DNA of 64,000 nt from Antedon mediterranea (lineage: Eukaryota; Animalia; Echinodermata): assembly GCF_964355755.1 (NCBI RefSeq), contig NC_092673.1, positions 26,843,648 to 26,907,647 on the forward strand, in the 5' to 3' direction. The notes beneath the pieces are model-generated. The model made no database searches and was not told where the DNA came from. It saw only the letters and a list, made by a program, of their open reading frames with translations. Positions 25,091-39,100 of this stretch are shown one piece after another. The position numbers and the translations under genes are program-made. Positions within the stretch are counted from its first letter, which is position 1. Every line of letters begins with the position of its first letter.

Positions 25091-27100
25091 CTTTTTCTTC
25101 ATCTTTTTTTTTTATTTTGTCTGAAGAAGCTCAATATGTGCCAAAATATTTATCTTTTCACTAATAATATCAAAACTCCGTCTGGAACCCAGACTAATTA
25201 ACATGGTGAATATTACTTTGTGCATTTAAAAAAAATTAACTTGGCTGGTATTCAGAAAAATAACCCTCAATAGCTATAATTAATAATAATCTAATACTAA
25301 TATATTTAATATTATTAAGTCTATCTGAGAAGAATCCCAAGCACAGTGGCGAATGGCTATGAGTGCTCACTGGCTAAACCCAGGGGCCCCAAGGCAGGGC
25401 TTGGAGAGGAATAAAAAAGCATTAAAACAAGTCAAAAAAGGACTAAAAATGCACAAGGACTCCCCAGCGCAGCGTTTGAGGTCCACTTAGCATCATCCCT
25501 ACACCAGGGGCCTCTGCATTACGCCACAAAGCAAAAATCAGCAGCATGTTCAGAGGCAACCATGCATGTTTGGGAACTTGACACTTTAAATTTCTTATGA
25601 AATATTTTCGTTAGTTTATATTTATTTATAATTTATTAATATAGACATTTTTATCAATAGTTTAATTATACGTTACATTCCAAGCAAATTCAATTTTATA
25701 GAATGAAATTTGATAACGTTGTACCCTTAGAAACGATCGAATGACCTGATTGGACGGAAGTCTGAGTAGCTTCTGGAATTACGCGGCTCGTTACGTGTCG
25801 GATTGAACTTCTGGACGTTGGTGGCGCGCTAAAAATACCACACACAGTTTGTTCGTTATTATGTATAGTAAGTTTATATTACGTTGAGAAGTAGTCTAAT
25901 GTCTAAAGTTACAAACAGATATTTACTACATCGTTTTTTAAATTATACATGATTCATTTATCATTAATATAAACCAACATCTGATCATCGTGAACTTTTC
26001 ACGATGATCAGATGTTGTGACAGTCAGTCCCAAACCTGTTCCCAGATGAAATGATTTGATCCTCTGATGAAACTGAACAGACACATTATATTAAATTATG
26101 TTGACGGGCTCTTAAGTGTGTAAGAACGATAACCAATCATGTGTTTGTTTTGATGATTTTTAGTGTAATTGGATGAAATACGATATTGACAAAGTTTCAC
26201 TTTTATCATAATAAAGGAACAATTTATGATAATAAATATCAAATATAATAAAGATATTAATTTGCAGGGGAAAAAGATTTCCCAGTAGACAGAGTCAGAA
26301 ATAATCTATTGCCAAGTGTAATTAACATTAAATAATGTAGAACTTTAATTCGGGATCTACATAATAACATACTGTTTTACATTACACGCGTAAGGAAACT
26401 TTAGTAAGCCATACGATTGGGAGGACCTGATTGGCCGAAAGTTATTAATATAGTACGCGCCGGTCCGGTCCTCGTGGAGCTGAACGTCCTTCATCATGCC
26501 TTTCGTTTTAAATTATCTACACTTAATTGTTATATTAATATTGTATGTTAATAGAGTGATATAAGAAATACCGTAATTAGCCATGATAAGCTAATTTACT
26601 TCGTCAACCATTCGTCTAAACAAATACTAGTACAGTACATCAACAATTATTTATCCCCAAAACACGATACGAAAACGATTGCTCCATTTTAATAGGGTAG
26701 GCTATAGTATATGCCTCTACATTAAAAATATATATCTATCGATGGCAATGAATGTTATCTAAATTTACGAAGGAATTATTTTCAAACTAATTTCTGCATG
26801 CTCAACTAATATATTATACCATACATAAATATAGAAAAGTGAGTCAGCTTTTATCCAACAATACAAAATTATACAATCGAACGAGCTCATCTGCATAACA
26901 ACAGACGATTGTGCATTTCAAACGGTAGCGTCTCTTTTCATTGCTCTTCCGTCAAACGCGTGCCACAGGCTAAAATTAATTTATTTAACTGGGTTTCTTG
27001 TCTAATAAAAGCCAGCAAATGCTAGAATTATAGTTTATTAATGACTGTGTAATTTTCATTTTGCGATAGTTAGGAAAAATAGAGGAGAAACGGTTAGAGA

Positions 27101-30100
27101 ATGTCGTCTGCGGTAAGTAGTGTTTTCATGTTTAGTGAATAAGTGCACTGCTACCTACCACCAGTCACTTACTCCCCCGAGAGCCGCACTGCAAGATGGT
27201 GCTTGCATATATTATTGCTCATTCCTTAGGCCTAAGATTGATAGATTGATGTATCATTGACACCTTGCATAATAATTATTTGACGTAAAATAATGTAAAT
27301 TTTAATTATTGTGATCTTTGATAATCCATGTCATTCTCGGATTTATTCTTTTGTTATATTTTATTTATGAATAATTGTGAATAATTTCAAAATTGATTAA
27401 AAGTGTGAAATACCCGACTGATCAGTCATGGGGGTATAATCGTATACGTCAATGGATCAATCGAGTTTAATGATATATGTGTCAACCAGTCTGTAACCAG
27501 GTTTTTTATACTGTAAATGAAAGATATTTTGTATTTATGAATTTTATTATACTAAGAGTAGTTATTATAGATTTTATCCATTTCTGAGTATGCCTTCCCT
27601 TCATTTATTATTTATTTATTTCCTTTATTGCATCAAGTAAGCAGTGATGAAGTTGACATAAATATAATAGTAAATATGTAAACACATAGTATAACACAGT
27701 CCAAACAAGTAATACTAAAATATATCATAGTCCACAAATCAGTCTTTCAATGGCCATCATAGTACATCCAGTAACACAAACCAATAGAGGTTCACAATTT
27801 GCTTATCATAACTCAGTTACTGATCATTCACCAATCATTGAAAACTCCGTGGAAAGTAATGAAGTTTTTTGTACGTTGTGTCCGGACTTTGGGGAGGGTG
27901 AACGATCTAACGCGTCGGAGCTAATGGTTGTGTGTGGGAGGTTTAGGTAAGAGAGAGTGTAATATATGATCTTCTTTTTTCATTTTATCAAAGAATTTTC
28001 TTGACAACTTCTCGCGGCGTTCAGATAGAGTGATGATGTTAAGGTATCTGCGGGTATCAGCATACGAGGTACCATCGGGGCATATTATGTTACACGCTCT
28101 TCTTTGGACATGTTCGATTTGGTCAGATTGTGCTTTGGATAAACTCGGGGACCAAACAGCACAGGCATATTCGAGAACTGGTCGTATCACTGCTTGATAG
28201 TATCGGAGCAGTTCCAGTCTATCTAGGCCAGACCTCTTGAGTTGCTTAAGAAAAAACAACCTTGGTACAACACGCTTGGTTAAACAGTCAACATGCGTCT
28301 GCCACGACAATTTACGGTCAAGATTGACACCTAGTAACTTTGCATGCTCAACACACTTGACTTCAGATCCATTCACAGTGATTGGGTCAAACTCAGTTGG
28401 TGTTCTCTTACATGTAATGCGCAGTTCAACCGATTTTTTTCTCATTCAGTTTCATATCATTTTCTTCGCACCATTTAAATATACTGATCATACTATCTTG
28501 AATTTTGCACTCGGAGTTCTTATTATATCTTTGGTAAAAGGTGGTATCGTCCATATATTTCATAAGCGGCAGATCGACCTGGAGGTCATCAATGAAGGCA
28601 ACAAACAGGATTGGACCAAGCCATGATCCTTCATAGGCTCATCATTCATTTCACCACATCTTTTATGCATCCATCTATCCGTGAATCTATTTTTTTTATA
28701 AATAAAACCTCTTCCTTCCCATAGAAACCCCCCACCCCCACAGAGGTTGAGAATGTTTTAGTATAGAGGTTGCATATTCATTTTGTAGATTTTATTGGGA
28801 TCTGGTTTATCAAAAATAATTAGGAGAGTAGAAAGCAGAGATTACCTTGGCGTTCATTACAAAAAATAAATATTTTAAGACCACAATCACGTCAACACAG
28901 AGTGATATTTTTATTGATAAAATGCATTAATTTTTCTGTTGCCATGGTAATTCAAAACACCATTAATAAGCTTAAATATGATGAGAAATTAATATTAAAA
29001 GAAGTCATGCTACAGTATGGTTGGTTTTAACAGCCATTATTGATTTTCAATCGGGCAAAAGCAAACACGTAAAATACGGCTTCTATTACTACATACTATC
29101 AAATCAAAGTAGAAGAATAATTACTGAATAATAAAATTATAAAGTAAATCATAATATTTACTAATAATAGTAAACATGAGGAAATCTGTGAGAGTGTATT
29201 TGTACAAGATAGTAATTTATATGTTATATAATCTTTAGTAGACTACTGATGTATTGCTTTAAAAACATATGCAATTTTATATTAATTTGCTGTATCCCGC
29301 ATTGACAACAAAAAAAGAGTGATTTAATATCCATGTATCCTTTTAGTATTATTAGTGTTGTTTCCTTATGATGTTAATGTTGGCAATGATTGATTGTATA
29401 CATTAATGTGATTGCACATAATTTAATGAGTTTTTAATAGATGATATGATCTCACGTCACAGACAAAAAATATTATTATAGAATTCTATATGTATCTCCC
29501 CCAACGCTACGAACCTAACAAAAAATTAACCTAATTTTTGTAAGGTACTATGTGGATATAGTCTATGATAATGAATAAAATGATATATAGCCCACAATGT
29601 CACATAAAGATCTTAGTAACTGTATACCTCACATTATTAGACTAACTGTACCATACTGTAGAATTCAATTCTTAGGTTTTCTTTCTTTTCCTATTCTTAA
29701 TCACTGATGCATTGATTATTAAATCTAGACCTGTATTCTTTCATTGTATTCCATAACAATAAGCAGAAAAGGTCAAAGATACACTTTTACTGAGCATTGA
29801 CTCTGGTGGTTATTTTTTAACCTTTATTTGCCAGGTAATGGTACCCTCAATCACAACCCAACCCCCCCCCCCCCCTCACACACACACAAACACCCCTTTT
29901 CTCCATGCCAAACTAGTATAAAGTCAATGACTACTTAATTGAAGCCTAGATTGATGGTTTTGTTATTAACATTAAATTCATTTACCTCAAATTAGACTGT
30001 TAATTATAAAAAGAATATGGTAGTGCAACTCTGCATATGTCCTTTACAGTACCCAAAGAAGCTCTATCAAAACAAGGCAAACTTGTTAGATTGGAAGAAG

Positions 30101-33100
30101 TTTAAAATTTGACCAAATTCAGAATGGATCTGTAAATACTTTAGGACAAAGATAGATACAGTGACTGAAAAATTATAATTGGTTTTATATTGTCTTTATT
30201 TAGAAAGCAGAACTCGTGTCCGGGGATGAAAACCTCCAACGTGGGAACTGGTCCAACAAGATGGACTTTCTTCTGTCTTGTCTAGGATATGCAGTTGGCT
30301 TGGGAAATGTATGGAGGTTTCCTTATCTATGTTATAGAAATGGTGGGGGTAAGTATACATACTGAAGCGCAGGGGAGTTACTGAGGAAATGACAGTCACT
30401 GGGAGACGATTTATCTCCACTAAATGAGCGAGTGAATGTCAGAGCTGTTAAGACAGTAGAACCGTAATTACGTAGCCAACATCGGCAAGAGTTCAATGTT
30501 CACTTGCTTTATGGTTCTGGTGGTCACGAACGAGTCTTCTCAGATAAGGACTATAAACCATAGGTCCAGTGTAACCCATGTGCACTTTAAAGAACCTAGT
30601 ACATGTTTTGAGACGAGTACAGTAGGTGGTTACTCACAGCCACTGATTATAACACTGGGCCCTCTAGGAGACCAGTCTTTGACTGAAGAGGCTACCCATT
30701 ATAATTAATAATAAAATAAATAAATACCTATAAATGACACTATATTTTACTCTTGCTCATCTATCCCCTGAAGTATTAGTGTAGATGCATCCATATATTT
30801 ATATCATCAAATTCCAACCCAATCAACAGCATTGTCATCTGATAATCATTTAGGTACTCTTTCTGTTTTATAGTACATTAGTTTATTGAGGTATTAAAAA
30901 AAAGTTATGTATTGTTGACACTTCATTAAATCTGTATCTTCCTTCTTATTTCACAGGAGCGTTTCTTATACCTTACATAATCATGTTAGCGTTTGCTGGG
31001 CTTCCATTGTTCTTCTTGGAGGTCAGTTTTGGTCAGTACTGCAGCCAAGGGCCAATCACAGCTTGGAGGGCGTGTCCTGCATTTAGGGGTACGTAACAGT
31101 ATACTGAGATAGCTGTGGCTAGATAGAAATGCAAAGCAAAACAATGGAAAATGCATGCATGTGAAAAAGTTTTAAATAAAATATATATATTTTATCCTTT
31201 TTTTTTATTTTCAAAAATGATTTCCAAAAACAACTGCAAAAAACCATCACAAAACACATTTTATTATATATATTAATTTGTTAAAAAAAAAGACTATAAA
31301 ATTGTCCAGATTAATACTTGCACACAGTACTGTACATCACCTTTTTCCATTTTTTTTGTGAAGTTGCCAAATTAACTTTATATTTAATTTATGTAGGTAT
31401 TGGTTATGGAATGATGGTTGTGTCCGCATATGTGGCAATATACTACAATGTCATCATAATGTACGCCATCTTCTTTATGTTCTCGTCATTCCGCAAAACC
31501 CTTCCGTGGATTGGTTGTGATCATTCATGGAACACAGACTATTGTAGCGAGAAATACACGGATTGTATAAACGAGAAAGGTATAATTCTTGTAAATGCAA
31601 GCTGCGGTCTGCTTGATAGTATGACCGATTCAGAATTAGCGTTCTATAACGTTACGCCGACGTTTGAAACGTATGATCTAAGTCGTTACACTGATCCATT
31701 TGCGGGAATGAGGAAACGCCCGACTGAGGAATTTTGGAAGTAAGTCTTTGATTGCGAAAATTATTTTCTAAAAGCGCTGTCTACACTATCAAACTTTATG
31801 ACAAAAAATGTGATGTGTATATATTTGGACATGATGATGTCATATCAATACCATATTTGTGCATATGACGACTATATTTGGGCACATCATACTTTTTTTT
31901 TCAAACGAGTTTGATAGTGTAGACAGAGCTTAATACTTAACTTTACTAATTCTGAACACCAAATTGGTTGGTATACAGAATGCATTTGCAATGTCAATGA
32001 GTTGTGGACAAATAGCTTTATCAAATTGATTTACACATACAGCACATTGTATGGATCTCTCAGTAAGTTTCCTTCACGATTTACATTGACACTTGGATAC
32101 ATTCGTACCAAGGTAATCCTTTATGTGTCACTGTGAATAGGACATTGGAGTACAAGTTGTTCAGTCCAGTTCTTGAAGTTGACTGTGAGTCATATTATGT
32201 ATTTAACAAATCCCTTCTGTTATCACAAAATATATGGTTTAATAAGTGCAGAATTACATTTGTGTGGAATTGATTATCACAGATTGATCATTTAGCCAAT
32301 CATACCTTTTATTTACCCTTAGATTCTAATCAGTGTGAAATTATGATAGAGTGCATGCAGTAGATCACATATTTTTTTACAGTTTTTTTTTTTTTATCGG
32401 AAATGATTAATGTAATATTATATTGATTATAAAAATGAAAAGAGCTATATGATTAACATATTGAATTAAAAACACATTGTATTTTGTTCCATAGGGAAAG
32501 AGTGTTGAGTGAGGCGGACAGCATGAACGAACCAGGCCGTGTCGTATGGGAACTCGCTCTTTGTTTACTCCTAGCGTGGCTTATTGTTTTCTTCTGCCTT
32601 GTCCGCGGTATCAAATCATCTGGGAAGGTAATTGTAATTCTTATAATTTCCTAAATAAACGTTTCCCTTTTGGGAATGATTGCTTGAAACTTTCAGATAA
32701 AATCAATTTCTCTCAAGTTCTCAACTTTCATTTGTGTACTGATAAAATTAAATTTGATAATCAATTTATTAAAACAATATTGGAAACCTTAATGTTAACA
32801 TTATTTATTTATCATTACTATATGCTAAACAAAATTTGGGCTTATCATATTCCGACGAAATTGCTAAAAAGTTATGTTTGCCAACACAACCAATTAAATC
32901 ATACATCATCTTGGCTTGACTTCAATTCCTTTTTTTTTTTTTATTTCAAACTTTTCATCTAACAGTTGTAAAAGTACAGAATGAAATATAGTAATGATAC
33001 AATATAAATAGCGTAAAAATGTTTTTAACATTAGTATTCAAATTTTAATGTTTTTGTAACTTTCCAAAAACACTAAGACACAGAAACAGCCCAACATTTA

Positions 33101-36100
33101 CTATTTAAAAACAAACTGGATGGTTCCAGTCAAATTAGTTTGAATGAACCAATCATGTACAGTTGCTGGTTTGAATGAACCAATCATAATCATGTGGTTG
33201 TTTGAATGAACCAATCATGTACAGTTGTTGGTTTGAATGAACCAATCATAATCATGTAGTTGTTTGAATAAACTAATCATGTACAGTTGTTGATTTGAAT
33301 GAACCAATCATAATCATGTAGTTGTTTGAATGAACCAATCATGTACAGTTGTTGATTTGAATGAACCAATCATAATCATGTAGTTGTTTGAATGAACCAA
33401 TCATGTAGTTTTAATTTGTTTTTCAGGTTGTGTACTTCACTGCCACGTTCCCATATGTGGTGTTGTTTATCCTACTCATCAGAGGAGTAACTCTACCTGG
33501 CCATCAAGAGGGCATCAAGTTTTTTATAGTTCCTAAATTTGACCGTCTGAGTGACCCACAGGTAAAACAATGGCAAAAATTGACAAATCTAAAGCTCTGT
33601 CTACACTGTCAAACTTTATGTGACAAAAAAAATGTGCCCATATACAGACATGATGATGTCATATCACTACCATATTTGGTCACATCACAGTTTTTTTGTC
33701 AAACTAGTTTGATAGTGTAGAGATTTATGAAAACACATGTGCACAATAAATTAATATAAGTCAAATCAAAAGGCCCGTGCTACTGTAACTTAAACTTTGA
33801 ACTCTTATTAAGTTATGTTTTTTTAAATAGGTGTGGTTAGATGCTGCTGTCCAGATATTCTACTCATTGAGTGCTGCTTGGGGAGGTCTACTTACGTTAG
33901 CCTCCTACAATAAGTTCCATAATAATTGTTTTTTGTAAGTTATAACACTTTTTTATTTATACTGGATCAGATTTATGGTTCTCAAATCTTGAAAAAGTCC
34001 ATTACATGAGATAAAAAGATTTGGTTTGATAAAAAAATACTTTTTCACTTTAGCACTTCAAGTTCTAAACAATCTTTACTTAAGAAAAAATATTAGTAAA
34101 TGCCAGCCCTAAAAATGAACAAATGTTCAGCTTGGAAGCTTGTTTCAGAAGGGAAAATGGAGAAATTTTATTTTATTTAGATACTCTTCAAAAACTATTT
34201 TTAACAACCCTGTGTTTTTTTTTCCAAATTAACAGTGATTCTATGTTTGTGGCAATAGCCAATTGTTGTACAAGTATATTTGCTGGTTTTGTCATCTTCT
34301 CTATCATTGGTTACATGGCCCACCAACTAGGAAAGCCTGTCGAAGAGGTCATTGATCAAGGTTGGGAATCTTATGTACCAGTATTAAAAATTATCTATTC
34401 TATTATTATCTAAGATCTTATTTCTCCTGTGAAATGAACTGTTTAATATGTGTATCCATCATGTAATTGGCGATATGCATGTTGTTCAGGAAATTTGGAA
34501 AATTACAGATTACAACAAGGCCCAACTAAATATTTTTTTCTTAAGCTCTGTCTACATTATCAAACTAGTTTGACAAAAAAAGTGTGATGTGCCCAAATAT
34601 GGTAGTGATATTCCTAAATAGTGCTATGACATTATCATGTCCATATATGGGCAGATCACATTTTAGTGTCACATATAGTTTTATAGTTAAGGGAGCTTTA
34701 ATTGCCATCCATTATTCATGTTAGGTAATCTTGTTACAAACATGTTTTGTAGGATTTGGTCTAGCGTTCATAGCTTACCCAGAAGCCGTGGCAAGTCTTC
34801 CAGGCGCCCCTTTTTGGGCAATCCTTTTCTTTTTTATGTTGTTGACACTTGGACTTGATAGTCAGGTAAGAATGTACATTAAGTTTATGTTCAGACTTAC
34901 GAAAAAATAAACAGGGCGTTTAAGTTTATGCCTTAGAAAAAGGGTATTCTAATTGTTGTATTTCAATGAAACTGTGTACCTTCGTTCATTAACTATTGTT
35001 CTATTATTATGCAAAATTTGTATTAAAAACCACTGTTTCAACTGTCATTATAAAAAAATGTATAACTTATGTCTGATTTTGCTTGCATGTGCCACATATT
35101 ATAATTAAATAATAATAATAAGTATCCATTAACTAATGCTTTAACATTTATCTTATGTTAGATCACCTAACTCATATTGGTAGAAAGTTTTTGATAGGCG
35201 TATTTGACAGGTCACTCTCGCAGTGATCCACTCCTCGCATAAACAGAGTTTGAAGAGCTATACCTGATAATTATTTGCTCAAAATAGTCCAGTCGAATTT
35301 GGCGGCTGTTTATATAAATTGTAGAATCAACATTAGTCATATTTGAATTTCATATAATGTATATGTATATACAATTTAAACTTACTCAAACATATCAAAA
35401 AACCTCATAGCTGCTTCCATAGACTAAAATTAAAATTAGAATAAAACCAAATAATATTAAAATGTTTCAAATATATTCATTACGGTTCCTTCCATCTTAC
35501 CAGTTTGCTATTATGGAAACCATAGTAACAGCTATCTGTGATGAGATACCACACCTCCATAAGAAGAAGACTTGGGTGTTGGGAACAGCTTGTATCGTGG
35601 GCTATATCCTTGGATTTTCGTGTATAACAGAGGTAAGTAAATTAGTCCTAGCACTTTAGAAAATTTATTTAATTTATAATTTTTATAATTTTGGGTATGT
35701 GTATCATTAGGATTGTTGTTTATCCAGTGTTTAGGCATGCATAGGGAATTAATGGAGTGGGGTGGTCCCACCAGGTGCATGGAAATCCTCATTCATATGT
35801 ACTTATTTGAAACTATGACAATTATGATCACACCAGGTGAATACTTTTAAGCCATGGTTGGTATATTACTTGGAACAATTATACTTTTGCAACCAGTAAC
35901 AACTTGTAATTCGGTTTTGCGTAGTGTGAAAGAAATGTGGAAAATCTGATCTGAGATTTCACAGGGGACCAGCGAGAGGCTTGTTTCTTCTTCAGAAATG
36001 TTCCAAGTAGTTTAGGACCAGCTGTGTATGGTATTACCTGACTGTTTAATCATGGTTCATTACACTAATAATCAAATAGCGCCCCCAACTTCACAACAAC

Positions 36101-39100
36101 AATACTTTCTTTCACAATTTTGTACGGTTTTTATATTAAAGAAAACGTGTAATCAATTTTGAGAGCAAAACATGTTAACAATTTTTGCAGTGTGAAAGGG
36201 GTAGGCCTATTAGAGTAGGATGGTCACGCCTAGAGGAGGAGGTTGTCAGTCAGACAGAGATACAGATAACAAGAAATATTTCTTACAAAAAACGCCGCGT
36301 AACTTTTTGACTGGACAGTTGTAAGAACAGTCTTCATTAATCTAATATAATAGGTCGGCCAATCAAAACGCAAGTGAACAATTGGGACTTTACTTGTGAT
36401 TTATGTCATTGGCCTGTCAGCACAGTCGTTTCTTTCTAGAATTAAACGCACAAATTTGTATTGGGAATAATGTATGTGGTTATTACTATCGCATTTAGGT
36501 ATTGATAATAATAATAATATGGCTTTTGAATATATAATTACTGTCTGTAGAATAACATTTATACATTTTCGGTTCGCGATGAAAAGTTATATGAATGGAT
36601 TTGTAATAGGTATTTATAATAATAGTATATGGGTTGTATTATTGCTAAGCTATCACCAAATCGCGTTATAACATTATTTCTCAGGGTTTTTTGCACCATT
36701 GATCAATACCAAACGCGTATCGGTATTATAGTTTTTAATGAATCATTACATTAATAAAAATACCCAATTAAATCAATCGCGTCAGTCCAATTCCGACTTA
36801 TGTTTCGATCACATAGTTCTGTGTCTACACTGTCCCAACTAGTTTAACAAAAAAAGTGTGATGTGCCCAAATATGGTAGTGATATGCCCGATTATCGTAG
36901 TGATATGACATCGTCATGTCTATATAATATGGGCACATCATATTTTATTTAGTTTGATAGTATAGACAGAGCTTAAGGATTATATTAAAAAAATGTTTTC
37001 TTACATTTTGAACGGAAGTATTTATTTGTTTATAAGCCCAATTTTCCAGTCTTAATTTTACATTTTGAAAAAAAGTATTTATTTGTTTATAAGCCCAATT
37101 TTCCAGTCTTAATTTTACATTTTGAAAAAAAAGTATTTTATTTGTTGATAAGCCCAACTGTGCAGTCTTATTTTACATTTTGAACGAAAGTATTTATTTG
37201 TTGATAAGCCCAATTTTGAAGTCTTATTTTACATTTTAAACGAAAGTATTTATTTGTTGATAAGCCGAATTTTCCAGTTTAATAATAATGACCCCTTCCA
37301 CAGTGCTTATACCATATACATTTTACATGATATTGACCGTGGGTTCTTTACGCCTCTGATGCATTTGTTTTTATTGTACCTTTTTAATAAATTATTATAT
37401 GTTTAGGCCTAATCACACCCAATTTAATGAAACGGTCAGATTCCGATTTCAATTGAACGAAAGTAGTACTGTATTTATTATTCATTGATAAGCCAAGGGT
37501 CCCATGGCGTTAGCCGATATCTTGAGCATTTGACTCTTGTAACACAAATCATTCTTCAAAATCTAAAGAAAGAACCTCACACGTCTTTTTTGTGAGTGAT
37601 ACACTATGGATATGCCCACGGAAATAATATGTGGACATTGCAAACAATCATAGGCCTACAGTAACAAACATAACATGGCTAATAAGCATAACATTCAGAC
37701 TTGCTTGTTTTCTAGTGGATTTTTATTTACTTTAGCATGTAGAATAAAACTAGTAACAGTGGCTATATTAATAATTATACTGATTATCCTTGATGTTATC
37801 GCGTCTAATAATAAAATATTTTGTTGTTGATAAGCCCAATTTTTCAGCCTTGATTTTACATTTTGAACGAAAGTATTTATTTGTTGATAAGCCCAATTTT
37901 GCAGTCTTAATAATGACCCTTCCACAGTGCATTTTACATGATATTGACCGAGGGTTTTTACGCCTCTATAGGCACTGATCAATACCATAATTAATGTACT
38001 TTTTTAAATGAATATTGAAATGTTTCAACACTCCCAGATTTCCTCATCTTTATCGTTTCAAAAATTAATTAAATAATTTTCAGTGTATCACCGGGCGGTT
38101 TGGAATTTATTTCTATGCCTGTTGTGTTTATATATATAATATTAAGTATAATTATGAATTCACCAACACTTTCAGGCCCGGGGCCGAGTTGTAGACCAGA
38201 CTTCCATGCACAGCCACATGTTAAGGAATATGAATCTCTTTATGATTTTAATATGGTTCGAAATGATATTACACAACAACGATTAGACAGCAACTGTGCA
38301 AGAGTCAAACTAATAAAATCGGAATGATCAATTAATTGAACATTTACAGCATAAGGCCCATACACTAGGACGATAACTATCGACGATAAATAGACAAATG
38401 TGCATTTTTAATACATAAACCAAAAGAAATATAAACAATTCCTTTGATGAAAATTATATTTTCACACGTCCAATCAAATGACGTCATGATTAGTAAGACC
38501 AATAATATCGTGACAATACAGCGATTTTATTGTTTTTATTTATCATGACGTCATTTGATTGGAATTTGAAAAACATTATTTTTATCAAAGACAGCATAAA
38601 TGATTATCCTATAGGTCTAGAACGAAAACCTTTCTAATTTCTGTTGGTTTATGTAAAAAAAATGCATGCTATATATTTATCGTCTGTCGTTATCGTCATA
38701 GTGTAATTGGGCCTTTATACAAAAAAAATAAATTGATTACGAAGTTACATGTCATTTTCACCTATCACCAAAAAACTAACCTTTTCAAAACTAATTAATT
38801 GTTACGAAGCCAATTTATATTATATATTTCATTAAAACTGAACTTTACGGTAAATGAAGAGTAAGTATCAGTTAATATGAATAATATAACTAGTAGGTCT
38901 ATGAACTTGCGTCCAGACACAGAACTGTGACATTACTATCATAAATGTTGAAACCACTTATAAAACCTTTTTTTTAAAGAAAATATAATTGTGTTAGGAG
39001 AAGACTAATAAACAAATAGATAATAGATGACAAATTTCGTTTTTGTAAAAGCACAAGTTAACGGAGTACTTACTCGAACGTTTCGATCTCTATCAGAGAT

